From: a virus
Strand: one strand, 5' to 3'
DNA length: 40,441 bases
IMG/VR virus record: IMGVR_UViG_3300040801_004386
Coordinates: 1 to 40,441 of that record
Shown here: piece by piece, positions 17,819 to 25,338 of the stretch
How positions within the stretch are numbered: position 1 is the first letter of the stretch
How the letters are laid out: every line of letters starts with the position of its first letter
Notes under the pieces: model-generated
What the model was told of the DNA's origin: nothing
Database searches by the model: none
Seen by the model: only the letters and a program-made list of their open reading frames with translations
Made by a program: the position numbers and the translations under genes

Positions 17819-17853
17819 CAAGAAAAAAGCCACATTATCTAAGATAATGTGGC
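17819..17853 (-). terminator. Rho-independent terminator after the scaffold gene (11-bp perfect stem, 3-nt loop, T6 run on the minus strand)
   Basis: GCCACATTATC-TAA-GATAATGTGGC followed on the minus strand by TTTTTTC. Confidence 0.75.
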
Positions 17854-17872
17854 ACATCCAAAGGGGATTGGA

Positions 17873-18607
17873 TTATGAAGACTTTTTTCTATAATGATTC
17901 ATCTCTTTCCAGAGTTCGCTTGCTAGCTCAGGTGTTAATCCTTCAGCGAATGCATTTGCGCGTGAAAGTGGAGATTGCCCTTCTTGAGGAGATACAGAAG
18001 AAAGCGGGCGTGGCTTGCTTACATTCTTTTGGACAGTATCACGTTGTTTACTATAAGCATCTTCTTTAGCAAATCCATACATTTTTATAGCTCTATAAGC
18101 AGATTTTGCTTGTGAATAAAAGTTTGGATTATGCAAGATAGACTGTGCTAGGTCAGGGTCAGCATCTCGTAACATTGCTAGTGTTTCTTGCGTTACAACC
18201 TTTTTGTAATCAGGAAGTTCTGCATGAAGGCGTGATTCGGCAAGTTCTTGGCGGATCGATTGCAATTCTTTTTTTTGCTCAGCACGAGCTTTCTTTAGAT
18301 GTCTTGCCTCAACGAGATCTTCATCACTTAAAGTAAAATCATCTTCTTGCTTTTGCTCTACAGAAGATGTTTTGCGTTCGTATTCTTCAAGGCGCTTTTT
18401 AAGTTCTTGCCGTTCTCGCTCTGCTTGCTCTGCTCGCTCTCTAAGAACTCTCCAGTTTTGCACTCGTTTATTATACTCATCGTCTGGTTTTTCAGCTGCT
18501 TCTTTGGGAGCTTCTGTTTGTTCTGTGGTTGATTGTTGCTGAACTTCTTCATTCCCTTCTGAAACAGCCTCAAGAGGCTGCTGAGTCTCTTCTTGTTCAT
18601 CAATCAT
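17873..18607 (-). CDS. Scaffolding protein (244 aa from the ATG at 18607)
   Basis: AGGAG SD. Acidic, helical, coiled-coil composition. Lies directly upstream of the capsid gene. Confidence 0.6.
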   Translation of the reverse strand: MIDEQEETQQPLEAVSEGNEEVQQQSTTEQTEAPKEAAEKPDDEYNKRVQNWRVLRERAEQAERERQELKKRLEEYERKTSSVEQKQEDDFTLSDEDLVEARHLKKARAEQKKELQSIRQELAESRLHAELPDYKKVVTQETLAMLRDADPDLAQSILHNPNFYSQAKSAYRAIKMYGFAKEDAYSKQRDTVQKNVSKPRPLSSVSPQEGQSPLSRANAFAEGLTPELASELWKEMNHYRKKSS

Positions 18608-18614
18608 AATACTC

Positions 18615-19109
18615 CTATAGCTTTTCAATTATATTACTGTCTTTTCGTTCGCCATTTAATCGTTTAGCAAGCGTCAGTAGTGTACCATCATAGAAGTCTA
18701 AAACATATTTAAGCAGTCCTTGCTCCTCAGGAACAATATATATTGCACTTTGCTTGAACATCTCGCAAACATCTTTTGCTGGAACTACCCATAAAAAATC
18801 TAATCGAGCAGGTTTTCGATAATATTTATATACCGTCTGATCATAAGTAGGCGTAGGACAAGAAGTACGCCCAAAAATATAATTCCGCAGAACATTATGC
18901 ATCAATCTCTCTTTTTTTGTCTCAACGATTACATAAAAGTTACCAATAAACATGCTTTTACAACGTTCTACGCATGTTTCTATTTCTTTTTCATACGTTT
19001 TATGAATTTCTCTTTCTAGTTCTATCGGATCAGTAGTTTCAGGCACTTTGCGAGCGAGCTCGAGTGACATTTTCCCTACAGTTGGGCGTTTTTTATTTTT
19101 TTTCTGCAT
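18615..19109 (-). CDS. Hypothetical head-module protein (about 164 aa; start uncertain between 19109 and 19070)
   Basis: ORF in the operon; basic N-terminus. Confidence 0.5.
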   Translation of the reverse strand: MQKKNKKRPTVGKMSLELARKVPETTDPIELEREIHKTYEKEIETCVERCKSMFIGNFYVIVETKKERLMHNVLRNYIFGRTSCPTPTYDQTVYKYYRKPARLDFLWVVPAKDVCEMFKQSAIYIVPEEQGLLKYVLDFYDGTLLTLAKRLNGERKDSNIIEKL

Positions 19110-19171
19110 CTTCTCTTTCTTTCTGAGAACACATGCTATGCTAATGGATGGAAACAAACCAAGGAGATCAT

Positions 19172-19678
19172 ATGAAAATTTTTAAAGTTCTAGTGTTACT
19201 CAGTTTTATACCATTACATCCATCAGAATCGCAAGAAATTACACGCACTCGCTCAGGATCTGTAATCATAGACTTAGAGCCAGGATCTCCGCTAGCAATC
19301 AACTATGCACGATCTAAACATCCTATTGCTTATAAATTAGTGCATAAAGCAATGAATGGAAATTCCAATGCCTTTGTTATAAAAACGATCGGCAAGAGCC
19401 TTGATAAAGATAGAGATGGTAAACTCTATAAAGAACTACGCCAAACACGTAAATTATTGCAAGAAATTGCCGAACCTAAGAAAGAAAAAAACAAAAAATT
19501 AGACCAAACCCTGATAAGTGAATACATCATCAAGGAACTTTCTGAGAATATAGTTAGAAAAAAGGGCGAAGCTCAATATCATAAGAAACAGAAAGTTGTA
19601 ATAGCTATCGCAGGGGTTATTGGAACTATAGTAACAAGCGTCTCAGCGGCTGTAGCTGCTTATTTCTCTCATCAATAA
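19172..19678 (+). CDS. Opposite-strand cassette: secreted/membrane protein with N-terminal signal peptide and C-terminal TM anchor (168 aa)
   Basis: AAGGAG SD before ATG 19172. MKIFKVLVLLSFIPLHPSES at the N-terminus and VVIAIAGVIGTIVTSVSAAVAAYF at the C-terminus. Confidence 0.6.
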   Translation: MKIFKVLVLLSFIPLHPSESQEITRTRSGSVIIDLEPGSPLAINYARSKHPIAYKLVHKAMNGNSNAFVIKTIGKSLDKDRDGKLYKELRQTRKLLQEIAEPKKEKNKKLDQTLISEYIIKELSENIVRKKGEAQYHKKQKVVIAIAGVIGTIVTSVSAAVAAYFSHQ

Positions 19679-19679
19679 G

Positions 19680-19919
19680 CTATTTCTTCTTTGTACTAGC
19701 TCCACTTGCTTTTTTCAACCGTTTTTGACGCTTGTTGTCTCGCTTAGCCGTGTCTAAGGCTATCGCAATCGCTTGCTTTCGTGAAGTAACTTTTGGACCC
19801 GATTTGCTGCCTGAATTAAGAACTCCGCGATCGAACTCTTTCATTACCTTATGAATTTTTCTTTTTGCTTTTTTTGATTTTGGACATGCTTTTTTTACCA
19901 TTTTTTTTCTTGCCATTTT
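19680..19919 (-). CDS. Very basic 79-aa protein with conserved KVMKEFDRGVLNSGSKSGPKVTSRKQAIAIAL motif
   Basis: ATG at 19919 with GAGAGGA upstream. I recognise the motif as a widespread small bacterial/phage domain of unknown function. Overlaps the upstream gene by 71 nt in another frame. Confidence 0.55.
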   Translation of the reverse strand, partial: KMARKKMVKKACPKSKKAKRKIHKVMKEFDRGVLNSGSKSGPKVTSRKQAIAIALDTAKRDNKRQKRLKKASGASTKKK

Positions 19920-20184
19920 TTTTCGTCCTCTCAAGCTTATGTTCCATTTTTGATAATGCTTTATAATAGCGTCTATCCTCTTCAAGATGAGCAAGCGCTA
20001 TTTTTGCTGTCTTTGCAAGGCTTCCCTTAGTAACATTGGTCTGACTTGAAACTCCTCCTTTATTTTTTGGGCCATGTTCCATCTCCACACGAATACCCTT
20101 CTTAAACTCAGATATTGGAATATTTTTAGCTGCGAGATTAAACTTAGACGCAAGTTTTTTAACTTCTGAATCATTTATCTTCAT
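19849..20184 (-). CDS. Basic 111-aa protein with EMEHG...TNVT...KIALAHLEEDRRYYKAL motif and Lys-rich tail
   Basis: ATGA overlap with the upstream 48-aa ORF. The motif resembles a recurrent phage domain of unknown function. Confidence 0.55.
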   Translation of the reverse strand: MKINDSEVKKLASKFNLAAKNIPISEFKKGIRVEMEHGPKNKGGVSSQTNVTKGSLAKTAKIALAHLEEDRRYYKALSKMEHKLERTKKNGKKKNGKKSMSKIKKSKKKNS

Positions 20185-20327
20185 TTATATTTCTTTCTCT
20201 TACGTGATGTTTTCTTTAGCATCAAGGCTAAACGCACTCTTTTGGCGACTTTCGAGTTTCCTTTAGTAGCTTGAGTCAACCCCTCTTTAACTTGAGACTT
20301 TTCCTTTCTCGTTTTAGCATTAGGCAT
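20181..20327 (-). CDS. 48-aa highly basic peptide
   Basis: Not in the ORF track. GAGGTGA SD upstream of ATG 20327. Its stop overlaps the next start (ATGA). Confidence 0.5.
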   Translation of the reverse strand: MPNAKTRKEKSQVKEGLTQATKGNSKVAKRVRLALMLKKTSRKRKKYK

Positions 20328-20355
20328 ATTTCACCTCATATCTTGAAAGGTCACA

Positions 20356-20601
20356 ATGACTTATATTTTTGTGTTCATAGCATTGGTTTTACTATCAAAT
20401 CAAGGAGAAGTATATTATGAAACAATTGATAAAACTGGGAAAGTAGAACGTGTCCAAGGCATTCCTCCAAAAATTATCGAAGCAATGATAGCAGCTGATT
20501 GTAAGATTCCTCAAGAGAATCTTAACTTCTCTGAAGATATACTTAAAGATTTAGATGAGATAAATAATATTTATTACGATCCACACGACGACTATTGTTA
20601 A
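20356..20601 (+). CDS. Opposite-strand small signal-anchored protein (81 aa)
   Basis: N-terminus MTYIFVFIALVLLSNQ. Followed by a terminator hairpin. Confidence 0.55.
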   Translation: MTYIFVFIALVLLSNQGEVYYETIDKTGKVERVQGIPPKIIEAMIAADCKIPQENLNFSEDILKDLDEINNIYYDPHDDYC

Positions 20602-20680
20602 TCTCCCGATGATGCGTTAAAATAAATTATCTTCATTGAAAACAAAGTGATACTTTACATTCTCATACGGTATACTTGTT

Positions 20681-20794
20681 TTATAGGGAATCGGTTTTAT
20701 ATCGATTCCTTTTTTTCTTGGAACGTTTTCCTGGCCATAAAAGACGAGCTGCTATAGCAGTTGCCTTATTTTTGGGCCTAACTGCTTGTGGCAT
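20681..20794 (-). CDS. Possible 37-aa basic peptide
   Basis: AGAGGTG SD upstream of ATG 20794. Short, and overlaps the plus-strand terminator hairpin. Confidence 0.3.
   Translation of the reverse strand: MPQAVRPKNKATAIAARLLWPGKRSKKKRNRYKTDSL
20687..20716 (+). terminator. Rho-independent terminator (GGAATCG-9 nt-CGATTCC + T7)
   Basis: Stem and T-run seen directly downstream of the 20356-20601 gene. Confidence 0.6.
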
Positions 20795-20817
20795 ACCACA
20801 CCTCTTTTAGCTTTATA

Positions 20818-21039
20818 TTAATATCTCTTAGGATTACGGCCCTTTTTGCCACGCCCTTTGCGAGCATCATCATTCATTTGCTGATCTATTCCAGTAATAG
20901 TATCATCAAGTTGTTGTCTCATTCCATATACAATCTCTGGATATGACTTCATTATCACATTCTGTGGAAGATTAGCAAAAGCTGAGTGATCTTCTGAGAT
21001 CATTCCGCCTTTTGAGCCATAATATTTCTTCTTTGCCAT
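20818..21039 (-). CDS. Conserved-looking 73-aa protein after the portal gene (MAKKKYYGSKGGMISEDHSAFANLPQNVIMKSYP...)
   Basis: GAGGTG SD before ATG 21039. Confidence 0.55.
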   Translation of the reverse strand: MAKKKYYGSKGGMISEDHSAFANLPQNVIMKSYPEIVYGMRQQLDDTITGIDQQMNDDARKGRGKKGRNPKRY

Positions 21040-21105
21040 AGTACACCTCATGTAGAAACCATACAGATTGCTAATTCAATTCTCAATCTGTACAAGGATT
21101 TACCT

Positions 21106-23202
21106 CTAACTACCCAGCGGGCCACCCTGCTGCGGTGCTTGAGGCTGCATACTGGTTGATCCCTTCTGTGATCGTACAGCCTGCTTCAATTCTTCTTCTC
21201 GTCCTCCTTGTTCAACTTCATTTTTTGCCTGTTGCTCTTGTGATTTCATCATTTGTGAAAGCGAGACAAGGGTTTGAAGCTGACCAATATCAATAGATTC
21301 AATTTCTTTTAATGCCTTTACAAGATCTAATACACCAGACATTCTGTCTTTCTGTGCCTCAGCAACACGTTCAACAGCAAGCGCTTGATTCTCTTCAACT
21401 CGAGATGCACGCTCAAGAGCAAGACCCCTATCAGCCTCCGCCCGAGCATCAGCCAAATTAGCCCGTGCCTCAAGTTCTTTCATTTGAACTTGTGCCTGCA
21501 TTTGTTCAAGTTGCTGTTTCTGCTGAGCTGATTGTGCAACGGCATCTGTGAGCTCTTTCTTGTTCTGCAATGTACATGCTTCAAGCAACTGATCATCAGG
21601 AATTGGAACACCAACTTCACGCAATTGCAACAACTGAGCAAATTGCATTTGGCGTTGCGTTGTTGTATTAAGTCCTTCCTCAATAGAAGCATCATAAACA
21701 CCAAAGTTCTTGTTATAAAACTGCGGCGTAGGATCACCTTCTATGATTCGTGAAACTTTACCAGGAGTAAAATTATTTTGAATCAAGGATATAAACATTT
21801 TGCCAAGCAATTTCTGAGATGTATCGAGCTGGTCAAATAGAGACTGAAGAGTAGTAAGACCAGCCCCTTGCCGTAACATACTTAAAACACCAGCCTTATC
21901 ATCAATTGCACTTCCAAGAAGCTCTTCATTAACGCCGGATATTTGATTGATTTCTTCTCCGAGACTTCTTGATATTTCGAGTGTAGTTGGTGGTATTTGT
22001 GGCGATTGGATTTGCTGAACATCAGTCATTTGAGCGGTTGCTTTTAACGCAAGGCCTTTGCCCTGTCCTGCCATAAAGACATCTTTGGGATTTACAAGTG
22101 CATCTTCTTTATATATCCATCCAGAATTCAATTGTGATTCAAGTATATCGAGCTCAATCACTTTTCTGCGGTTATAAAGATATTGCGCATCTCTTAAACT
22201 CCTAACAACACCTTGTATCCTCCACCCATAATAAGGCATTTGTGGCCGATAGTATGCAAAAACTGGAACGAATGGATAAACATCAAGCCCCGTAGGATTA
22301 CGACCATCATACATAACTTTACCCTGTACAACGATCGCTAAGTTAACTGTTGGTATCTCTTGGTCAAAAACAGTCACCTGCGGATACACAGTTAAAAACT
22401 GGCGCAATGAATCATCATTCCCACGCCATTCCATAGTCTCACCAGTTTCTGAATCTATCAAAATACGCTGAGTGCGATAATCACGATAATAAAACTCATC
22501 ATATGTTAAAAGTTTTGATGTATTGGTGCTGTAATTTTCTGGCAAATATTGGAACTTTCCATCTTTATTCGCATCTTGAGGGCACATAGATGCAATCTCA
22601 TCAGCTTTATCTGGAAGCAACGACATACATTCAGACTTTGATACATATGTTCTTTTCCAAAGTCCATTACAATCAGAAAGATCCGATCTCTTAAAGTACG
22701 GATCAATCAGAAAACTGTTATACGGGCAGTTTGTAACACGTATATTTCCAGAAACAGGATCGTTACGATAGTCCATCCAGACTTGCAGAAGATTCATGCC
22801 TGTTACAAGAGCGCCATGGAATGCGTCAGATACTGTTTGCAAGACATCATCTTGTCGATTAGCCCACATTATTATTTGCGAAAGTTGGTCTGCCGTCTCT
22901 TGATCAGAATTCTCAACTGGCACTACAATCGTAGACTTTCTATTCTTACGCTGATGGCCAGATATCATACTTATGACACGGCGAACTCTATTAAAGTTAA
23001 ATTGTCTTCGCTGATGAGCTGGCAGATTTCCATACAAATCATTCCATAAAGATTGATCACCAGCTTCAAATCGTGTATCAATATCAGCCTCTGACCAATA
23101 CGCTTGGTTTTGCGTCAGCGCTTCTGAATAGAACTTTTGCATGCGCCTTAAGATAGGCCTGTCGCGCTCATCAAGACTTTCCGGAGCTCCTGGAAAAAGC
23201 AT
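21106..23202 (-). CDS. Portal protein (698 aa) with long helical Q/E-rich C-terminal extension
   Basis: Size and position at the head of the morphogenesis genes. The sequence is portal-like by eye; no search was run. Confidence 0.7.
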   Translation of the reverse strand: MLFPGAPESLDERDRPILRRMQKFYSEALTQNQAYWSEADIDTRFEAGDQSLWNDLYGNLPAHQRRQFNFNRVRRVISMISGHQRKNRKSTIVVPVENSDQETADQLSQIIMWANRQDDVLQTVSDAFHGALVTGMNLLQVWMDYRNDPVSGNIRVTNCPYNSFLIDPYFKRSDLSDCNGLWKRTYVSKSECMSLLPDKADEIASMCPQDANKDGKFQYLPENYSTNTSKLLTYDEFYYRDYRTQRILIDSETGETMEWRGNDDSLRQFLTVYPQVTVFDQEIPTVNLAIVVQGKVMYDGRNPTGLDVYPFVPVFAYYRPQMPYYGWRIQGVVRSLRDAQYLYNRRKVIELDILESQLNSGWIYKEDALVNPKDVFMAGQGKGLALKATAQMTDVQQIQSPQIPPTTLEISRSLGEEINQISGVNEELLGSAIDDKAGVLSMLRQGAGLTTLQSLFDQLDTSQKLLGKMFISLIQNNFTPGKVSRIIEGDPTPQFYNKNFGVYDASIEEGLNTTTQRQMQFAQLLQLREVGVPIPDDQLLEACTLQNKKELTDAVAQSAQQKQQLEQMQAQVQMKELEARANLADARAEADRGLALERASRVEENQALAVERVAEAQKDRMSGVLDLVKALKEIESIDIGQLQTLVSLSQMMKSQEQQAKNEVEQGGREEELKQAVRSQKGSTSMQPQAPQQGGPLGS

Positions 23203-23283
23203 GCATACCCCTTTTCTAGATCAAATTTTTAATTGTATATACAGGGGTATTCTAGAAACTCATATTACCAAAAGCAAGAAATT

Positions 23284-23529
23284 CTATTTCTCTTTGTTCC
23301 CTTCGCGAAGGTCATTATCCCAATGAATAGATTTTATATACTTACGAAGATCTTCGCATGAAGATTGTCGCTTCAATACAGGTCTTGCATATTTTCCTGA
23401 CGGATGCACATATATCTTTACCTTTTTAGCCTTCTTCTTCCATTCAAGATATCGGTCTTGAAGGTCTTTCTTCTCAGAAGCCCAAGAGAATAATGGTATT
23501 ATAATAATCCAGAAACAATATTTCATCAT
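23284..23529 (-). CDS. Small secreted basic protein (81 aa from ATG 23529)
   Basis: Signal-peptide-like MMKYCFWIIIIPLFSWA, then a Lys-rich mature part. Confidence 0.45.
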   Translation of the reverse strand: MMKYCFWIIIIPLFSWASEKKDLQDRYLEWKKKAKKVKIYVHPSGKYARPVLKRQSSCEDLRKYIKSIHWDNDLREGNKEK

Positions 23530-23655
23530 ATACCTTTTTTTAATACTCCGTACGACAAAAATATCCACAAGACGAATGACCCTATAAGCATTCCCACCGA
23601 AAACGTATGAAGCGCAAATGTTAACAATAGGCTCAGACATGCAAGTGTAATAATA

Positions 23656-23814
23656 TTATTTTCCATCATTGTCATCATTTACACCTCTTATAAAACGATT
23701 TATTATCTCTTTTATCGTAAGTCCTGCAGATAAAACATTACACCTAAAACGACGATACTCTTGTTCATCAACTTCAAACGTTTTCTTCACATACTTTTTT
23801 TCATTTTTTTTCAT
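23656..23814 (-). CDS. Ribbon-helix-helix-like small regulator (52 aa from ATG 23814)
   Basis: AAGGAG SD. KKTFEVDEQEYRRFRCNVLSAGLTIKEIINRFIRG has a strand-helix-helix layout. Divergent from a consensus promoter. Confidence 0.5.
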   Translation of the reverse strand: MKKNEKKYVKKTFEVDEQEYRRFRCNVLSAGLTIKEIINRFIRGVNDDNDGK

Positions 23815-23822
23815 ACTGCTCC

Positions 23823-23850
23823 TTGACAACCCTGGGTTCCCTGGTAATAT
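23823..23850 (+). promoter_or_regulatory. Sigma70-type promoter TTGACA-16 nt-TAATAT driving the plus-strand secreted-protein cassette
   Basis: Hexamers read directly. The spacer holds a CCCTGG direct repeat, and a TGTTAACA palindrome follows. Confidence 0.6.
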
Positions 23851-23916
23851 TGTTAACAAGTATAGGCCTATATAAGTAATTAGTCAATGAATAGTGTTTC
23901 TAACAAAAGGAAATCA

Positions 23917-24573
23917 ATGAAAAAGTTTCATTGTATAGGCTTACTATCTTTAATTGCAATGCAGGCAATTGCACTAGAGATACCTGAAAAATCAATAGTG
24001 GCTCAGAAGGGAACAAAAGTATCATTTAAAGACGGAGATTTCTTCGTAGAACGAGATGGAATCAAACATGAAACACAAATGTGCTTTAACGCTAAAGAGC
24101 TCAACAACATGGACAGAGCTAAATTGTTAGCGTTTCTTAAAAACGGCTACATCCAAGTAAAACCACACGGTAGTAGTTACTGCCTCGATACACATCAACG
24201 CCTCAACGGTGGATGGTGGATATCAGGATTCGTTGGATATTGGACAGTCAAGTTAGGAGCAGGCGCAGTTGTTAGCCTTGGTATCAATAGCCTTATAAGT
24301 AAAATGCGAGGAGGTCGCAGCAGAAGAGCAACGTCAGCTTTTAGCGATGCTACTTCATTTGCAGAAGCAGCATCATCTGGAATAAGCGGAATAGCATCGT
24401 ATACAGCTTCAAATGTCATAGAAAATACAATAAACAAGATCCCTGGGGCACAAAGTGCAAGCGAGTCAGCCGCACTAGTATCAGTTACAAGCGGTGCAGG
24501 CGCGATGGCCGCTGTTGAAAGTGCAGCCCTATGGGTAGGAGCTGTTTTAACCGCATGTCCATACATACCGTAA
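23917..24573 (+). CDS. Secreted protein (218 aa) with signal peptide and Gly/Ala/Ser-rich hydrophobic C-terminal half
   Basis: MKKFHCIGLLSLIAMQAIA signal. C-terminal WWISGFVGYWTVKLGAGAVVSLGINSLI and AGAMAAVESAALWVGAVLTA segments. Confidence 0.65.
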   Translation: MKKFHCIGLLSLIAMQAIALEIPEKSIVAQKGTKVSFKDGDFFVERDGIKHETQMCFNAKELNNMDRAKLLAFLKNGYIQVKPHGSSYCLDTHQRLNGGWWISGFVGYWTVKLGAGAVVSLGINSLISKMRGGRSRRATSAFSDATSFAEAASSGISGIASYTASNVIENTINKIPGAQSASESAALVSVTSGAGAMAAVESAALWVGAVLTACPYIP

Positions 24574-24582
24574 AGGGAAATA

Positions 24583-24888
24583 ATGAACTTTAAGAAACTA
24601 TTAGCCATTAGTGCACTCGCAATATCAACTCAAATGTCAGCAACAGGATGTTTCGATTGCTTTAGATTCATACCGCTATTTTCATCGGTAAGTAGATTGC
24701 TTTCACCTCGAGCAATATTTTCTGAAGATAGATCAACATCACAAGCTCAATTATACGCTGATATTGCCACAGTAATTACTTCATTCCAAGGGCAAAACAG
24801 AAGTAATTCATACAAAGAGAATAAATGGACTTCCTATGGAAAAGCATTTAAACCTGGGTTTTTCACAAATATGAACAGGGACAATTAA
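24583..24888 (+). CDS. Secreted/lipoprotein-like small protein (101 aa)
   Basis: MNFKKLLAISALAISTQMSATGC; possible lipobox Cys. Confidence 0.55.
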   Translation: MNFKKLLAISALAISTQMSATGCFDCFRFIPLFSSVSRLLSPRAIFSEDRSTSQAQLYADIATVITSFQGQNRSNSYKENKWTSYGKAFKPGFFTNMNRDN

Positions 24889-24892
24889 AGAC

Positions 24893-24916
24893 GGGGGCGG
24901 CTGTATAGCCGCCCCC
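24893..24916. terminator. Strong GC hairpin (GGGGGCGGCT-GTAT-AGCCGCCCCC) between convergent genes
   Basis: 10-bp perfect GC-rich stem seen directly. Confidence 0.7.
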
Positions 24917-24950
24917 CATCTGAAAATAGTAATGAAAGGTATCTAAGATA

Positions 24951-25328
24951 TTACTCTTTTAAAAGGAGTTTTTTATATAGCATATATTTTTCAACATCTG
25001 CATCACTACTATCATTCAAAAAAATGTGCTCATACTTTTTAAGAAATACTAGTTTGCGTTTTATAACAGGATAATAAATAGTCTCTTTTTCTTTATCAGT
25101 TAATCCCATTAACATATCGGTAGATTCAAGCTGTTCTATTGCAATAATAACTTCACTGTATATACGAACTATATCTTTTATATTTTTATTTCTCCACTCA
25201 ATTATTCCCAAAATAGTAAAATAAATGATAAACAGAGCTAATATTGACGGGACAAGAATAAATACAATATCATGCAAAGAAAACTTATTTAAAGCAACAA
25301 ATAAAGGAATGTAAGCGATAGGAACCAA
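24951..25328 (-). CDS. Two-TM membrane protein (about 125 aa) downstream of terL; holin-like candidate
   Basis: AGGAGG overlaps the terL stop, with an in-frame TTG 6 nt later at 25328. The track ORF extending to 25448 would overlap terL by 110 nt. Confidence 0.5.
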   Translation of the reverse strand: MVPIAYIPLFVALNKFSLHDIVFILVPSILALFIIYFTILGIIEWRNKNIKDIVRIYSEVIIAIEQLESTDMLMGLTDKEKETIYYPVIKRKLVFLKKYEHIFLNDSSDADVEKYMLYKKLLLKE

Positions 25329-25338
25329 TGCAATCCTC

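Noticed and set aside
23203-23283. Two TTCTAGA boxes and an ACCCCT/AGGGGT inverted repeat upstream of the portal gene, as an operator related to the CTAGAC boxes at 7378-7431
   Set aside because: The shared core is only a 6-bp palindrome, which is expected by chance in an AT-rich genome. The spacing and flanks differ, so there is not enough support to call a regulatory site.
24195-24608. 137-aa minus-strand ORF antisense to the secreted-protein gene
   Set aside because: It is a shadow of an Ala/Gly/Ser-rich coding region, whereas the plus-strand gene has a promoter, an SD, a signal peptide and a terminator.
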